From an uncultured Pseudomonadota bacterium (GTDB lineage: Bacteria; Myxococcota_A; Polyangia; Fen-1088): a stretch of 64,000 nucleotides of DNA. This document shows, one piece after another, positions 10,180-19,710 of this stretch (position 1 is the stretch's first letter; each line of letters opens with the position of its first letter). Location: positions 352,001 to 416,000 of the forward strand of contig CAWKBC010000027.1 of the NCBI GenBank assembly GCA_963847705.1, read 5' to 3'. Under the pieces are notes generated by a model. That model ran no database searches, was not told the DNA's origin, and saw only the letters and a list, made by a program, of their open reading frames with translations. Both the position numbers and the translations under genes were made by a program.

Positions 10180-11277
10180 ATGTCCCCCACCGTCCGTCGC
10201 CCCGCTGGGTCAGGTCTCCTGGCGCTCTCGTCGCTGCTCCTCGCGGCCTGCTCCAGCAACAGCCACCCGGGCGGCGTCTCGACCGGCAGCGGCGGCTCCG
10301 GGAGCGGCGGCGTGACCGGCACCGGCGGCGTGGGCGATGCGGAAACGACCTGTGCCTTGCCGACGACCTTCCACTGGACCTCGGGCGACCCGCTGGCGAC
10401 GCCGAAGGCGCCCGCAGGCAAGACCTGGGTCGCGTTGAAGGACTTCTCCGACGTCGTCTACAACGGCATGCACATCGTCTACATGTCGACCCACGACACG
10501 GCGACGAGCTATGGCTCGGCCATGTTCATGTTCAGCGACTGGCCCGGCGCGAGCTCGGCCACGCAGTTCGTCACGCCCCACGGCGTCGCGCCGACGCTCT
10601 TTTACTTCACGCCGAAGAACACCTGGGTGCTCGCCTACCAATGGGGCTCGACCGCCTTCAGCTACGTGACCTCCTCGGACCCCGCGAACCCCACCTCGTG
10701 GTCCTCCGAGAAATCGCTCTTCGCCGGAACGCTCTCCTCCGACGCCTCCAGCACCGGCCCCATCGATCAGACGGTGATCTGCAGCAGCACGACCTGCTAT
10801 CTGTTTTTCGCCGGGGACAACGGGAGCATCTACCGGTCGTCGATGCCGATCGGCAGCTTCCCCGGCACCTTCGGCGCGCAGACCACGGTCATGTCCGACA
10901 CCACCGCCAACCTGTTCGAGGCGGTGGAGGTCTACGCGATCAAGGGCGCCGGCCAGTACCTGATGATCGTCGAGGCGCAGGGCGCCAACGGGCGATACTT
11001 CCGCTCGTTCACCGCCACCGATCTGGAGGGGGACTGGGCTCCGCTGGCCGCCACCGAGAGCAACCCCTTCGCGGGCAAGGCCAACGTGACCTTCAGCGGC
11101 ACCGCCTGGACCAACGACATCAGCCACGGCGACATGGTCCGCAACAACCCCGACGAGACCATGACCATCGACCCCTGCAACCTGCAGTTCCTCTTCCAGG
11201 GGCGCAGCCCCAGCTCCGACGGAACGACTTACGATCTGCTCCCCTACCAGCCGGGCCTGCTCACGCTCACCCCATAG
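10180..11277 (+). CDS. GH62 alpha-L-arabinofuranosidase (lipoprotein)
   Basis: Lipobox LLAAC; [65 protein letters not shown]. Confidence 0.93.
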   Translation: MSPTVRRPAGSGLLALSSLLLAACSSNSHPGGVSTGSGGSGSGGVTGTGGVGDAETTCALPTTFHWTSGDPLATPKAPAGKTWVALKDFSDVVYNGMHIVYMSTHDTATSYGSAMFMFSDWPGASSATQFVTPHGVAPTLFYFTPKNTWVLAYQWGSTAFSYVTSSDPANPTSWSSEKSLFAGTLSSDASSTGPIDQTVICSSTTCYLFFAGDNGSIYRSSMPIGSFPGTFGAQTTVMSDTTANLFEAVEVYAIKGAGQYLMIVEAQGANGRYFRSFTATDLEGDWAPLAATESNPFAGKANVTFSGTAWTNDISHGDMVRNNPDETMTIDPCNLQFLFQGRSPSSDGTTYDLLPYQPGLLTLTP

Positions 11278-11298
11278 CCGGCGGAGGCGGCTGCTGGA

Positions 11299-11556
11299 CT
11301 ACCCGGCGTTGTAGACGAGCACCTCGACGGGGCCCATCTCGGCGGCGATCGAGGAGAAGGTCCGCTCGACCGCCGCTCCGTCCGTGACGTCACGAGGGTA
11401 CGCCTTCGCGCTGCCGAGCTCGCTCGCCAGGCCGGCAATCAGATCGGCCGAGCGCGCCAGCAAAGCGACCGAGTGCCCCTCGGCGTGGAACCTTCGGGCC
11501 AGCGCCGCGCCGTTCCCCGGGCCCACGCCGACGACCACACAGACGGGCTTGCTCAT
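11299..11556 (-). pseudogene. Truncated short-chain dehydrogenase (N-terminal Rossmann part only)
   Basis: VVVGVGPGNGAALARRF...LVYNAG then TAG; no YxxxK; the convergent GH62 gene ends 22 nt away. Confidence 0.75.
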
Positions 11557-11577
11557 GCGGCGAAGCCTGGCGCATCG

Positions 11578-12894
11578 TCAGGAGCCGAGCGCCAGCTCGT
11601 TGAGCACCGGGAGCGGTGGCAGCAGCGCGCTGCCGAGGCGTCGTTCGATGCGCTCGACCAGGTAGGTCGCGTCCGCGGCGACCCCGGAGAAGCGACCGGA
11701 GCCCCAGGTGTGCAGCCAGGGGAGGCCGATGAAATACAGGCCGTCGACCGGCGTGACGCCGCGCCGGTGGGTCGGATAGCCGCGCCCGTCGAAGATCGGC
11801 AGCGAGATCCAGCTGTAGTCGGTGCGGTATCCGGTCGACCAGACCACCGCCGCCAGCGGGGTCTGCGCCAGGTCGAGGCTGGACGTGATCCCTTCTGGTT
11901 CCCACACCGGCCGGTAACGGGCCTCCGTCGGTGCTTCGATTCCCCGGTCGGTGATGAACTTGTCGATGCTGGTCTTGATGCTCTCGGCGACGGCGTCGGC
12001 CTGGTCGAGGTTGGCCTTGAGATCGCCGGCGAGCTCGAGGCGTCCATTGCGCACGGCCGTGAGACGTCCGTAGAGCCGCATCCCTTCCCGGGCCCGCTGG
12101 CGCAGATCGATGTCGCGGCCGCCGTCGCGGCCGGTCACGTAGTGGTTGGCCTTGGCGCGCACGCGATCGTGCAGGGGATGGTCCTCGACCGCCAGGCGGT
12201 AGTACCCCATGTCTTCCAGCCAGTCGACGACGTCGCGGCCTCGATAGCGCCGCGCGGTGCGGGGCGCGCTGCCGACGCAGAGGTGCACGCGCCGCCCGGC
12301 CAGGTGCAGGTCCTCCGCGATCTGACAGCCCGATTGGCCGGTCCCGACGACCAGCACCTCTCCCCCCGGCAACGCCGCGGAGTTGCGGTAGGCCGACGAG
12401 TGGAGCTGCACGATCGATTCGGGGAGCCGCTCGGAGAGGCGGGGGAACGAGGGGGTGTGATAGCCGCCGGTGGCGATCACCACCTCGTCGGCGTGGTATT
12501 CGCCGGCGGTGGTGCCGAGGTCGAAGCCGCCGCCCGCCGCGCGCCGCAAGGAGGTGACCGCCACCCCTTCGCGCAGCGGCGGATCGAACGAACGTGCGTA
12601 GGCCTCGAGGTAGCCGACGATCGCGTCCTTCAGCATGAACCCGTGCGGGTCGGGGCCGTCGTAGGGAAAGCCGGGCAGGCGGCATTGCCAGTTGGGCGTC
12701 ACCAGACAGAAGGAATCCCAGCGCCGTTCGCGCCACTCGTGGCCGATGCGGTGCTTCTCGAACACCAGGTGGTCGATGGCCCGCTGCTTGAGGCAGTAGC
12801 TGACGGCCAGTCCCGCCTGGCCGCCTCCGATCACGATCACGCTGTGATGACGCGCGGGCGCGCCTTTCTCCGGGGACGGTTCGCTGGAGGTCAA
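11578..12894 (-). CDS. MSMEG_0569-family flavin-dependent oxidoreductase (NitH-like)
   Basis: GGGQAGL, RWDSFCLVTPNWQC, GTGQSGCQIAEDL, GLPWLHTWGSGRF; cluster context. Confidence 0.92.
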   Translation of the reverse strand: MTSSEPSPEKGAPARHHSVIVIGGGQAGLAVSYCLKQRAIDHLVFEKHRIGHEWRERRWDSFCLVTPNWQCRLPGFPYDGPDPHGFMLKDAIVGYLEAYARSFDPPLREGVAVTSLRRAAGGGFDLGTTAGEYHADEVVIATGGYHTPSFPRLSERLPESIVQLHSSAYRNSAALPGGEVLVVGTGQSGCQIAEDLHLAGRRVHLCVGSAPRTARRYRGRDVVDWLEDMGYYRLAVEDHPLHDRVRAKANHYVTGRDGGRDIDLRQRAREGMRLYGRLTAVRNGRLELAGDLKANLDQADAVAESIKTSIDKFITDRGIEAPTEARYRPVWEPEGITSSLDLAQTPLAAVVWSTGYRTDYSWISLPIFDGRGYPTHRRGVTPVDGLYFIGLPWLHTWGSGRFSGVAADATYLVERIERRLGSALLPPLPVLNELALGS

Positions 12895-13187
12895 GGCGTG
12901 GCTCCCGGCGGATCGAAGGCGACGATCGTCACCCGAGAGGTCTCGTCGAAGGCGGCGGCGCGCTCCTCGATCCTGGCCAGCTGATCGAGCGCGCCGGTGC
13001 AGACGTAGCCGTACTTGGCCCGCACCCGCTCCGAGCCGATGTTCAACATCGTGCGGCTGCGCGCCACGAAGTCGGGCAGCGGGTAGTCCTGTCCGACCTC
13101 CAGGTGCTCGCGCACCACCAGCGAGGGCGAATAACAGCGGGACTCGACGCCGTCAGGCCAGCGAACGACGAAGTGCATTTCCGGCAT
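12891..13187 (-). CDS. MSMEG_0570-family small protein (NitG-like)
   Basis: MPEMHFVVRWPDG...CYSPSLVV...SERVRAKYGYVC; 4-nt overlap with the downstream gene. Confidence 0.9.
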   Translation of the reverse strand: MPEMHFVVRWPDGVESRCYSPSLVVREHLEVGQDYPLPDFVARSRTMLNIGSERVRAKYGYVCTGALDQLARIEERAAAFDETSRVTIVAFDPPGATP

Positions 13188-14349
13188 GGCTGAGGATCCT
13201 TTCGTAACCTGCGAGATGGAGCGCCGCGACCCGCGGCCAGGAGTGGAGCTCGGCGCGCCGCCGCCCGGCCTCGAGCCGGGAGGGGGGCGTCGCCAGCGCC
13301 TCGGCGAGCCCGAGCGCGATCGCCTCCTCCGAGGTGGGATCGACCAGGGTCGCGCAGGAGGCGTCGAGGAACTCGGTGAACGGGGGGCGAGCGGAGGCCA
13401 CCAGCGGAAGCCCGGCACCCAGCGCCTCCAGCGCGACCAGCCCGAACCCCTCTTGCAGCGACGGTGAGGCCACCACCTGGGCGACCTGATAGAGCGCGAC
13501 CAGGTCGGCGTCCGGGACGACGCCCAGCTGGACCACCGCGTCCTGTATTTCGGGAGCCAGCGCCGCCAGCGCCCGCTGGAACTCGGCGCGGTAGGCACCG
13601 TGGTCGAGCGCCGTGGCGCCTCCGACGATCCAGAGCTGGGCCCCGGGATGGCTGGCCCGCAGCCGTCTGAACGCGCCCAGGATGCGCCGGCTGTTCTTGC
13701 GCGGCTCGATCCCGCCCACCGCCAGCACCAGCGGGCCGCGGCCGCCCAGGCGGGCGCGCCACCTGGCCACCCGGGTCGGATCGGCGACGCGGAGGCGACC
13801 GAGGTCGACGCCGTTGCCGACCAGCTCGCATCGAATGCCCAGCGCCTCGACGACGTCTCGCTGCGCGGTCTGGCTCACCGCGAAACAGAAGTCGACCTCG
13901 CGAATCGAGCGCTCCTGGCAGCGGGCCAGCGCCGGATCGGCGAAGGCCTCCAGGTGATGGACGGTGCGCACGAGCGGCGCCGACAGCGGTACGCCCCGCG
14001 CGCCCGCGGTCAGAAGACCGTTCGCGGTCAGGCAGTCTTGCGCGTGATGGAGGTCGTGACGCAATTGAGCGCGCGCCAGGAAGTCGGCCAGCTCGTTGGC
14101 GCGCTGGCGGACCAGCGCCGCGGTGGTGACGGGGGCGGGCGCCGCCGGCACCAGGCGGAGCGCGGCCCGCAGCGGGCGAAAGAAGCCGCGTCCGTCCTTG
14201 TCGAGCGCGTACAGGGTGGCGTCGCATCCGGCGTCGTGCAGCGCGTCGGCCAGCGCGGCGGCGTGAACGACGCTGCCGCGAGGGGCCGTCGAGTAGGTGA
14301 AGATCCCCACCGAGAGGCGCGGGCGCGACGAAACCGGCCCAGCGTTCAT
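13153..14349 (-). CDS. MSMEG_0565-family GT4 glycosyltransferase
   Basis: TYSTAPRGSVVHA, HHAQDC, GGIEPRKN, EGFGLVALEA. Confidence 0.9.
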   Translation of the reverse strand: MNAGPVSSRPRLSVGIFTYSTAPRGSVVHAAALADALHDAGCDATLYALDKDGRGFFRPLRAALRLVPAAPAPVTTAALVRQRANELADFLARAQLRHDLHHAQDCLTANGLLTAGARGVPLSAPLVRTVHHLEAFADPALARCQERSIREVDFCFAVSQTAQRDVVEALGIRCELVGNGVDLGRLRVADPTRVARWRARLGGRGPLVLAVGGIEPRKNSRRILGAFRRLRASHPGAQLWIVGGATALDHGAYRAEFQRALAALAPEIQDAVVQLGVVPDADLVALYQVAQVVASPSLQEGFGLVALEALGAGLPLVASARPPFTEFLDASCATLVDPTSEEAIALGLAEALATPPSRLEAGRRRAELHSWPRVAALHLAGYERILSHAGNALRRSLA

Positions 14350-15290
14350 CGCCGCTCCCGCACGAACCGGCGCTCGGTGATCAGATCGGCCATGGTCCGA
14401 CCGTCGCTGGGGCGCAGGAGGCGCAGGTGCGTCTTCACCCCGCGCGCCCCGAGGAGCTCGAAGCCGAGGAGGTCGACCACCAGCGGCTCGCCGAGCGGCA
14501 GGTTGGCGTAGAAGAAGACCGCGCGCCGCACGGTGGAGGTGCAGAGGGCCCAGTCGGTGCGCGGCCGCGGCGAGAGACCGAGCCGCTGCACGAGCCCGCG
14601 CTCCGCCGTGTCGGCGATCGTGACGTAAGAGGCGAAGTAGAGCAGTCCGGCGCCGTTGTAATCGCCGTAGGGCGAGGGCTGGTAATCGAACCGTCCCAGC
14701 GCCGGTCCGGTCGTCCGCAGCGACGGTCCGCAGAAATCATCGTCGAGCCTCTGCCCCGCGCGGGCCGCCCTGGCGAGCCGCACCAGCTCGGGCGGGGTGT
14801 CGCCAGCCTCCACCAGCCAGCGCGCCGCCAGCTCGGGCGCGGGGACGGCCATGCGCAAGCCGCCGTCCGGCGCGTGAACGGCGAAGGTGGTGAGCAGCTC
14901 GACCGACGAGCGACGGCCGGCGATGGTCAGATCGATCCGCCCGTCGGCGCAGGCGCGCCCGCAGGGTCTGACGGAGACCTTGATCGCCAGCAGATCGTTC
15001 TCGTTCACCGCGGCGAGCGGCGCCCCGTACCGCGCGCGCAACGCCACCACCGTCGGGTAGAGACGCTGACCCGCCTCGGCGCGAAATCCGTCCGAGGAGA
15101 CCCCCAGCTCGCGCCCGATCTCCTCCCAGTGAAGGTCGCCGCAGGTCCGGTAGAGCCACCCTTCCGATAGCCCGCCGGCGTCCAGCTGAGGCATGCCGAT
15201 CCGGATCCGGCGCGGCGCCGCGGGCAACCCGTCGGCCGGCGCGAGATCGGTCAGCCACGGTCCGGAGGCGCAAAGCGCGGGCGCGCTCAT
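14346..15290 (-). CDS. Pnap_2097/LnmK-like double hot-dog-fold biosynthetic protein
   Basis: RIGMPQLDAGGLSEGWL...GDLHW, DYNGAGLLYFASY; coupled to both neighbours. Confidence 0.75.
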   Translation of the reverse strand: MSAPALCASGPWLTDLAPADGLPAAPRRIRIGMPQLDAGGLSEGWLYRTCGDLHWEEIGRELGVSSDGFRAEAGQRLYPTVVALRARYGAPLAAVNENDLLAIKVSVRPCGRACADGRIDLTIAGRRSSVELLTTFAVHAPDGGLRMAVPAPELAARWLVEAGDTPPELVRLARAARAGQRLDDDFCGPSLRTTGPALGRFDYQPSPYGDYNGAGLLYFASYVTIADTAERGLVQRLGLSPRPRTDWALCTSTVRRAVFFYANLPLGEPLVVDLLGFELLGARGVKTHLRLLRPSDGRTMADLITERRFVRERR

Positions 15291-16267
15291 GGCGACTGGC
15301 TCCCCGGGCCGAAGCCAGTGAGCGGGGTCCGGGAGAGATCCCAGACCGTGGCCCGCTCGGCGCCGGCGACCAGGGTCAGCGTGTGGCTTTCGTCCACGCG
15401 CCCGACGATCGCCGCGTCGATCCCGCGCGCTGCGAACGCGGCCAGCGCGGCGGCGCTGCGAGAAGGGGCGACCGAGAGCAGGAAACCGTAGCTGGGGAAC
15501 GCCAGCAGCCAGCTCTCCCAGGGGATCCCCGGCGGACGCGGCATCGCCTCGAGCGACAGCGTCGCGCCGACCCCCGAGGCCTCCAGCAACATGACCGCGG
15601 TCCCGACAACGCCGCCCATGCTGATGTCCTTGCCGGCTTCCGCCACGCCGTCCTCGGCCAGCTGCGGCAGGATCTGATAGTCGGCTTGCAGCCGCTCCGG
15701 TGGCGCCTCGGTGCTGGCGTTCCAGAACGGGTAGCGCCCGTGCATCTGGCCGCGCAGATCGACCGCGGCGACGAGGTCGTCGCCGGGGCGCGCGTCGAAG
15801 CTGGTGAGGAGGCGCCGCGCGCGCCCGAGGATCGCCACCGAGAGCGCGGGATAGGGGCTGTGCAGGTTGGTGTGTCCCCCGACCACCGGGACGCCGAAGC
15901 GGGCGGCGGCGTCGGCCATCCCGGCCCAGAGCGGTTCGGCGGTCGGCGCGTCGGTGGCGAAGAGCGTGTCGACGACCGCCAGTGGGCGTCCGCCCATGGC
16001 GTAGATGTCGCTGATGTTGACCATCACCGCGCAGTAGCCGGCGAAGCGCGGCTCACGCGCCACCAGCTCGGGCCACATCCCCTCGGCCGCCAGCAGGAGG
16101 TAGCCCTCTCCGTCGGGGATGGCCGCCGCGTCGTCGCCGAGGCGCACCTCGGCGCTCCCCCAGGGTCCGCCGGGCGCCCGGGGCAGACGGCTCGCCGCCG
16201 CCTGGATCTCGCGCTTTTGCTGGACCCCCAGCGCCTGTCGCAGATGGGTCGCCAGGTCAGGCAGCAT
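15287..16267 (-). CDS. sll0787-family AIR synthase-related protein (NitF-like)
   Basis: LGDDAAAIP, VMVNISDIYAMGGRP, GGHTN, KDISMGG. Confidence 0.92.
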   Translation of the reverse strand: MLPDLATHLRQALGVQQKREIQAAASRLPRAPGGPWGSAEVRLGDDAAAIPDGEGYLLLAAEGMWPELVAREPRFAGYCAVMVNISDIYAMGGRPLAVVDTLFATDAPTAEPLWAGMADAAARFGVPVVGGHTNLHSPYPALSVAILGRARRLLTSFDARPGDDLVAAVDLRGQMHGRYPFWNASTEAPPERLQADYQILPQLAEDGVAEAGKDISMGGVVGTAVMLLEASGVGATLSLEAMPRPPGIPWESWLLAFPSYGFLLSVAPSRSAAALAAFAARGIDAAIVGRVDESHTLTLVAGAERATVWDLSRTPLTGFGPGSQSP

Positions 16268-16814
16268 GGTCCTCGGCGAATCGACGGAGAGTTCTGTCGG
16301 CCGGTGATGTCTCCGCGACCGGCGGATAGGCCGCCAGATCGGCCTCCATCAAATGGTGCGGCTGCTCGAACAGCGTCAGCTCCTCCAGCGAGCGCCAGCG
16401 CAGCCGCCGGAAGAACGGGACGTTGGCCTGCTGGACGGTGGCCCGAAACCGCCAGGCGCCCCAGGCGCGCGCGGTGCCGACCGCCGTTCGAATCAACCGG
16501 CGGCCGATGGCGCCCACGGTGCGGTGGGAGAGGTCGACGCCCAACCGACCCCCCCACCAATCGCCAGGGGCCTCCTCCCAGATGCGCACCACCCCGACGA
16601 CGCGGGGCGCCTCGTCGCCGAGCAGGCAGACGATTGGAAAGGCCTCCGCGTCGAGGGGATCGCGATCGTCTCCCCGGAACAGCCGCTGCTCGTCGCAGAA
16701 GATCGATCGCCGCAGGGCGAAGTAGCCTTCGCGTTCGCGGTCCCCACGCGCCAGCCGACAGGTCAGCGTCAGCTCCGATTCGCGCGTTCCGTCCGGAGCG
16801 CCGGCCTCGCTCAT
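16257..16814 (-). CDS. MSMEG_0567/Sll0786-family GNAT acetyltransferase (NitE-like)
   Basis: [39 protein letters not shown]; ATGA overlap with the radical SAM gene. Confidence 0.88.
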   Translation of the reverse strand: MSEAGAPDGTRESELTLTCRLARGDREREGYFALRRSIFCDEQRLFRGDDRDPLDAEAFPIVCLLGDEAPRVVGVVRIWEEAPGDWWGGRLGVDLSHRTVGAIGRRLIRTAVGTARAWGAWRFRATVQQANVPFFRRLRWRSLEELTLFEQPHHLMEADLAAYPPVAETSPADRTLRRFAEDHAA

Positions 16815-17968
16815 GACGACGCCTCGTAGGACGAGAGAGCGGAGCAAGCGCCGCACTTGGCGCACCCCGCCTTCCCTTCGCTCGACGACAGGCCCGCTCC
16901 CCTGAGCAACGCTGCGACCTGCCGGTAGAGATCGTCCATCATCGCGGCGGGAGGCGGGGCCGTGTCGGCCATCGGCGTGCCGGCGATCGGCACGAACGGG
17001 ACCAGGAACGGGTAGACGCCCATCGCCACCAGCCGGGCCGCGGCGGCGACCAGGCTGTCCGGGCGGTCGCCGAGCCCGGCGATGAGGTAGGTGCTGACCT
17101 GGCCGCGCCCGAACAGACCGACGGCGGCCGCGAACGCCTCGTCATAACGCTCGAGCGACAGCTCGGCCTTGCCGGGCATGACCGCGGCGCGCACGGCCGG
17201 CTCGACCGCCTCGAGGTGCATCGCGAGGGTGTCCGCGCCTGCCTCCTTCAAGCGGGCGAGCCAGCTCAGATCGTCGGGCGGCTCGCACTGGACCTGAACG
17301 GGGAGCGACGGGACGGCCTGCTTGATGGCCGCCACGCAGGCTGCCAGATGCGCGGCGCCGCGATCGGGTGTGGCCGGGGTCCCCGTGGTGAGCACCATCT
17401 GCTCGATCCCGTCGAGGCGCACGGCGGCCTCGGCCACCTCGGCCAGCTGGGCCGGTGTCTTGCGCGCCAGCGTACGCCCTTCTTTGAGCGATGTTCCAAT
17501 GGCGCAGAAGCGGCACGCCTGCGCGCTGTCGTTGTAGCGGACGCAGGACTGCATCACGGTCGAGGCCAGCACGCGCCGCGCGTGGAGCAGGGCGATCTTC
17601 CAGTACGGCACGCCGTCGGCGGTCGCGAGTCGGTAGAAGCTCGGCGCCGCCGGCAGCTCCACCTCCGCCACCGGAGCGCTCTCGCGCAGGAGCAGCGCCC
17701 GCGGTTGCCGCTCCCCGCCATCGCTCGGAAGCACACGGAGGCGGAAAGGCGAGCGCCCCGGCGCGCGCATCGGAACCATCACCGTGTCCGCCCCGAATGA
17801 GAGCGCGCGGTGGTCGGAGGGCCCGGCGCCGCCCCGACGACCGGGGGCCCCGGCGGGGACGTCTGCCTCGCTCACCCCCATCGCCTGCAGGTCGGCGTAG
17901 AGCCCGATCGTCGGCTGCGTCGTCGTCCCGAGCGCCGCCGCCTCGATGCTGCCGCTGTCTATCGCCAT
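16811..17968 (-). CDS. MSMEG_0568-family radical SAM protein (NitD-like)
   Basis: [22 protein letters not shown] (Cx9Cx2C), [13 protein letters not shown]-terminal GCAKCGACS. Confidence 0.92.
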   Translation of the reverse strand: MAIDSGSIEAAALGTTTQPTIGLYADLQAMGVSEADVPAGAPGRRGGAGPSDHRALSFGADTVMVPMRAPGRSPFRLRVLPSDGGERQPRALLLRESAPVAEVELPAAPSFYRLATADGVPYWKIALLHARRVLASTVMQSCVRYNDSAQACRFCAIGTSLKEGRTLARKTPAQLAEVAEAAVRLDGIEQMVLTTGTPATPDRGAAHLAACVAAIKQAVPSLPVQVQCEPPDDLSWLARLKEAGADTLAMHLEAVEPAVRAAVMPGKAELSLERYDEAFAAAVGLFGRGQVSTYLIAGLGDRPDSLVAAAARLVAMGVYPFLVPFVPIAGTPMADTAPPPAAMMDDLYRQVAALLRGAGLSSSEGKAGCAKCGACSALSSYEASS

Positions 17969-17981
17969 CTCCCTGGTCCTT

Positions 17982-18959
17982 TCATCTGACGTTGTCGGTG
18001 GTGAGGGTCTCGCTCCGCCTGGTGGTGGCCCGGTCGGTGAGCGGTGAGGTCGCCGTCCGATCGATGAGCAGGCTCAAGAGCTCGGGCCGGCTGTAGTGAC
18101 CGACGCTGTCCATCATCCGTTTGCGCTTGGTGATGAGCGACAGGTCGAGATCGGCGTAGAGGATCCCTTCCCCCTCGGTGAGCGGCTTGCCGAGCAGCGT
18201 CCCCTCGGGCGACACGATGGCGGTGAAGCAACCGCCGCTCACGGCCCGCTCGAGGCCGGTCGTGCCCGCCACCTCCACCCGCTGCTCCGGCGTCAGCCAC
18301 CCGGTGGCGTTGACCACGAAGCAGCCTGATTCGAGCGCGTGGTGGCGGATGGTCACCTCGATCTGCTCGGCGAAGATCGGCCCCACCAGCGAGCCCGGGA
18401 ACATCGCCACGTGGATCTCCTCGTGGTCGGCCATGAGCGCGTAGCGGGCCAGCGGGTTGTAGTGCTCCCAGCAGGCCAGCGCGCCGATCCGGCCGACGCG
18501 GGTGTCGACCGCCCGCAGGCCGGCCCCGTCCCCTTGCCCCCAGACCATCCGCTCGTGGTAGGTCGGGGTGATCTTCCGCCGGTGGAGGACCAGCTGGCCG
18601 TCGGCGTCGAAGATCAGCTGGGCGTTGTAGAGCGTGCCGTGCGCGCGCTCGTTCACCCCCAGCACCACCACCGTCCCGGTGGTGCGCGCCGCCTCCGCCA
18701 CCGCCTCGGTCGTCGGTCCCGGCACGACGACCGACTCTTCGTAGAGGCGCAGGTGCTCCTTGCCCATCACCGCGGCCGGCTGGATGAACGAAAAGTACGG
18801 GTAGTACGGGACCACCGTCTCCGGGAACACCACCAGCGCCGCCCCCTCGGCGGCGGCGGCGCGGATGGCGGCGCAGACCTTCTCGGTGGTGCCGGCCCGG
18901 CTCCCGAGGACGGGCGCCAACTGCACGGCGGCCGCCCGGACCTTTCGATTCTCCGACAC
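17982..18959 (-). CDS. Nit6803-family nitrilase (NitC-like)
   Basis: Catalytic triad motifs [25 protein letters not shown]; GTG start inferred. Confidence 0.93.
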   Translation of the reverse strand: MSENRKVRAAAVQLAPVLGSRAGTTEKVCAAIRAAAAEGAALVVFPETVVPYYPYFSFIQPAAVMGKEHLRLYEESVVVPGPTTEAVAEAARTTGTVVVLGVNERAHGTLYNAQLIFDADGQLVLHRRKITPTYHERMVWGQGDGAGLRAVDTRVGRIGALACWEHYNPLARYALMADHEEIHVAMFPGSLVGPIFAEQIEVTIRHHALESGCFVVNATGWLTPEQRVEVAGTTGLERAVSGGCFTAIVSPEGTLLGKPLTEGEGILYADLDLSLITKRKRMMDSVGHYSRPELLSLLIDRTATSPLTDRATTRRSETLTTDNVR

Positions 18960-18967
18960 GCCGCCGC

Positions 18968-19450
18968 CTACAGCGTCCAGGTGTTCAAGATGAAGGCGCC
19001 GGCCTTGCGGTGGAGCAGCACGATGTCGAGCACGTCGAGCGGGCTGATGGGACGGATCCCGGGGATGAGCGCCGCCTCCGTCTGGCCGTAGAGCGCCGAG
19101 AGCGCGAACCGGCAGGCGTAGACCTTCCCGCCCTCGGCCATGAAGCCGCCGATCTTCTGGTTGACCACCAGATGTCCGGGAAACGCTTCGCTCCCCAGCT
19201 TGGGGAACCCGCGCTGCACGCCCAGCATGACGCCGGGGCCGTACAGAAGGACACTGGTCTCGAACCCCTTTCGCATCAGGCGCGTCGCCTGCAGCATGTT
19301 GACGAGGCCGATCGAGCCCTCGAACGGAACGGTGTGGAAGGTGACCAGGGCCTTTTCCCCGGGAGAGGCCTTCACGTCCTCGAAGACTTTCTCTTCGGGA
19401 TCGACCAGGAACTCTCCCTCCTTGTGCGGTGCGTGCGTCACGGCTGCCAT
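18968..19450 (-). CDS. MSMEG_0572/Sll0783-family DsrE-like protein (NitB-like)
   Basis: [33 protein letters not shown]; GGAGG RBS. Confidence 0.92.
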   Translation of the reverse strand: MAAVTHAPHKEGEFLVDPEEKVFEDVKASPGEKALVTFHTVPFEGSIGLVNMLQATRLMRKGFETSVLLYGPGVMLGVQRGFPKLGSEAFPGHLVVNQKIGGFMAEGGKVYACRFALSALYGQTEAALIPGIRPISPLDVLDIVLLHRKAGAFILNTWTL

Positions 19451-19499
19451 CTGAACCTCCTCGGCGCGTTGGTTGCGGTCGGTGTCGATCCCTACAATC

Positions 19500-19516
19500 A
19501 GCAAGGGCAGGGCCAA
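19500..19516 (-). promoter_or_regulatory. sigma54 -24/-12 promoter of the Nit1C operon
   Basis: Minus strand TTGGCCCTGCCCTTGCT = TGGC-N7-TTGCT, ~50 nt upstream of the first gene; divergent sigma54 activator adjacent. Confidence 0.8.
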
Positions 19517-19710
19517 TCACCGGGACACGGCAGGGTCTTCGATGAAACCGGGGTCGTGGAGCGCTGAACGACGCGCGCGGTGTCAGCTCAATCGATGCAC
19601 CGTTTCCGGCTGATTTCGTGACGGCGAAGATCACGGCAGACGCCACGGGATCTCGTGTTTTCCACCGCGAATTTGCGTTTTCGAAACGAACGTTCGCGTA
19701 GGCTGGTCGC

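Noticed and set aside
11299-11301. Possible TAG readthrough (pyrrolysine) in the SDR
   Set aside because: The sequence after the stop is antisense GH62 with no SDR similarity.
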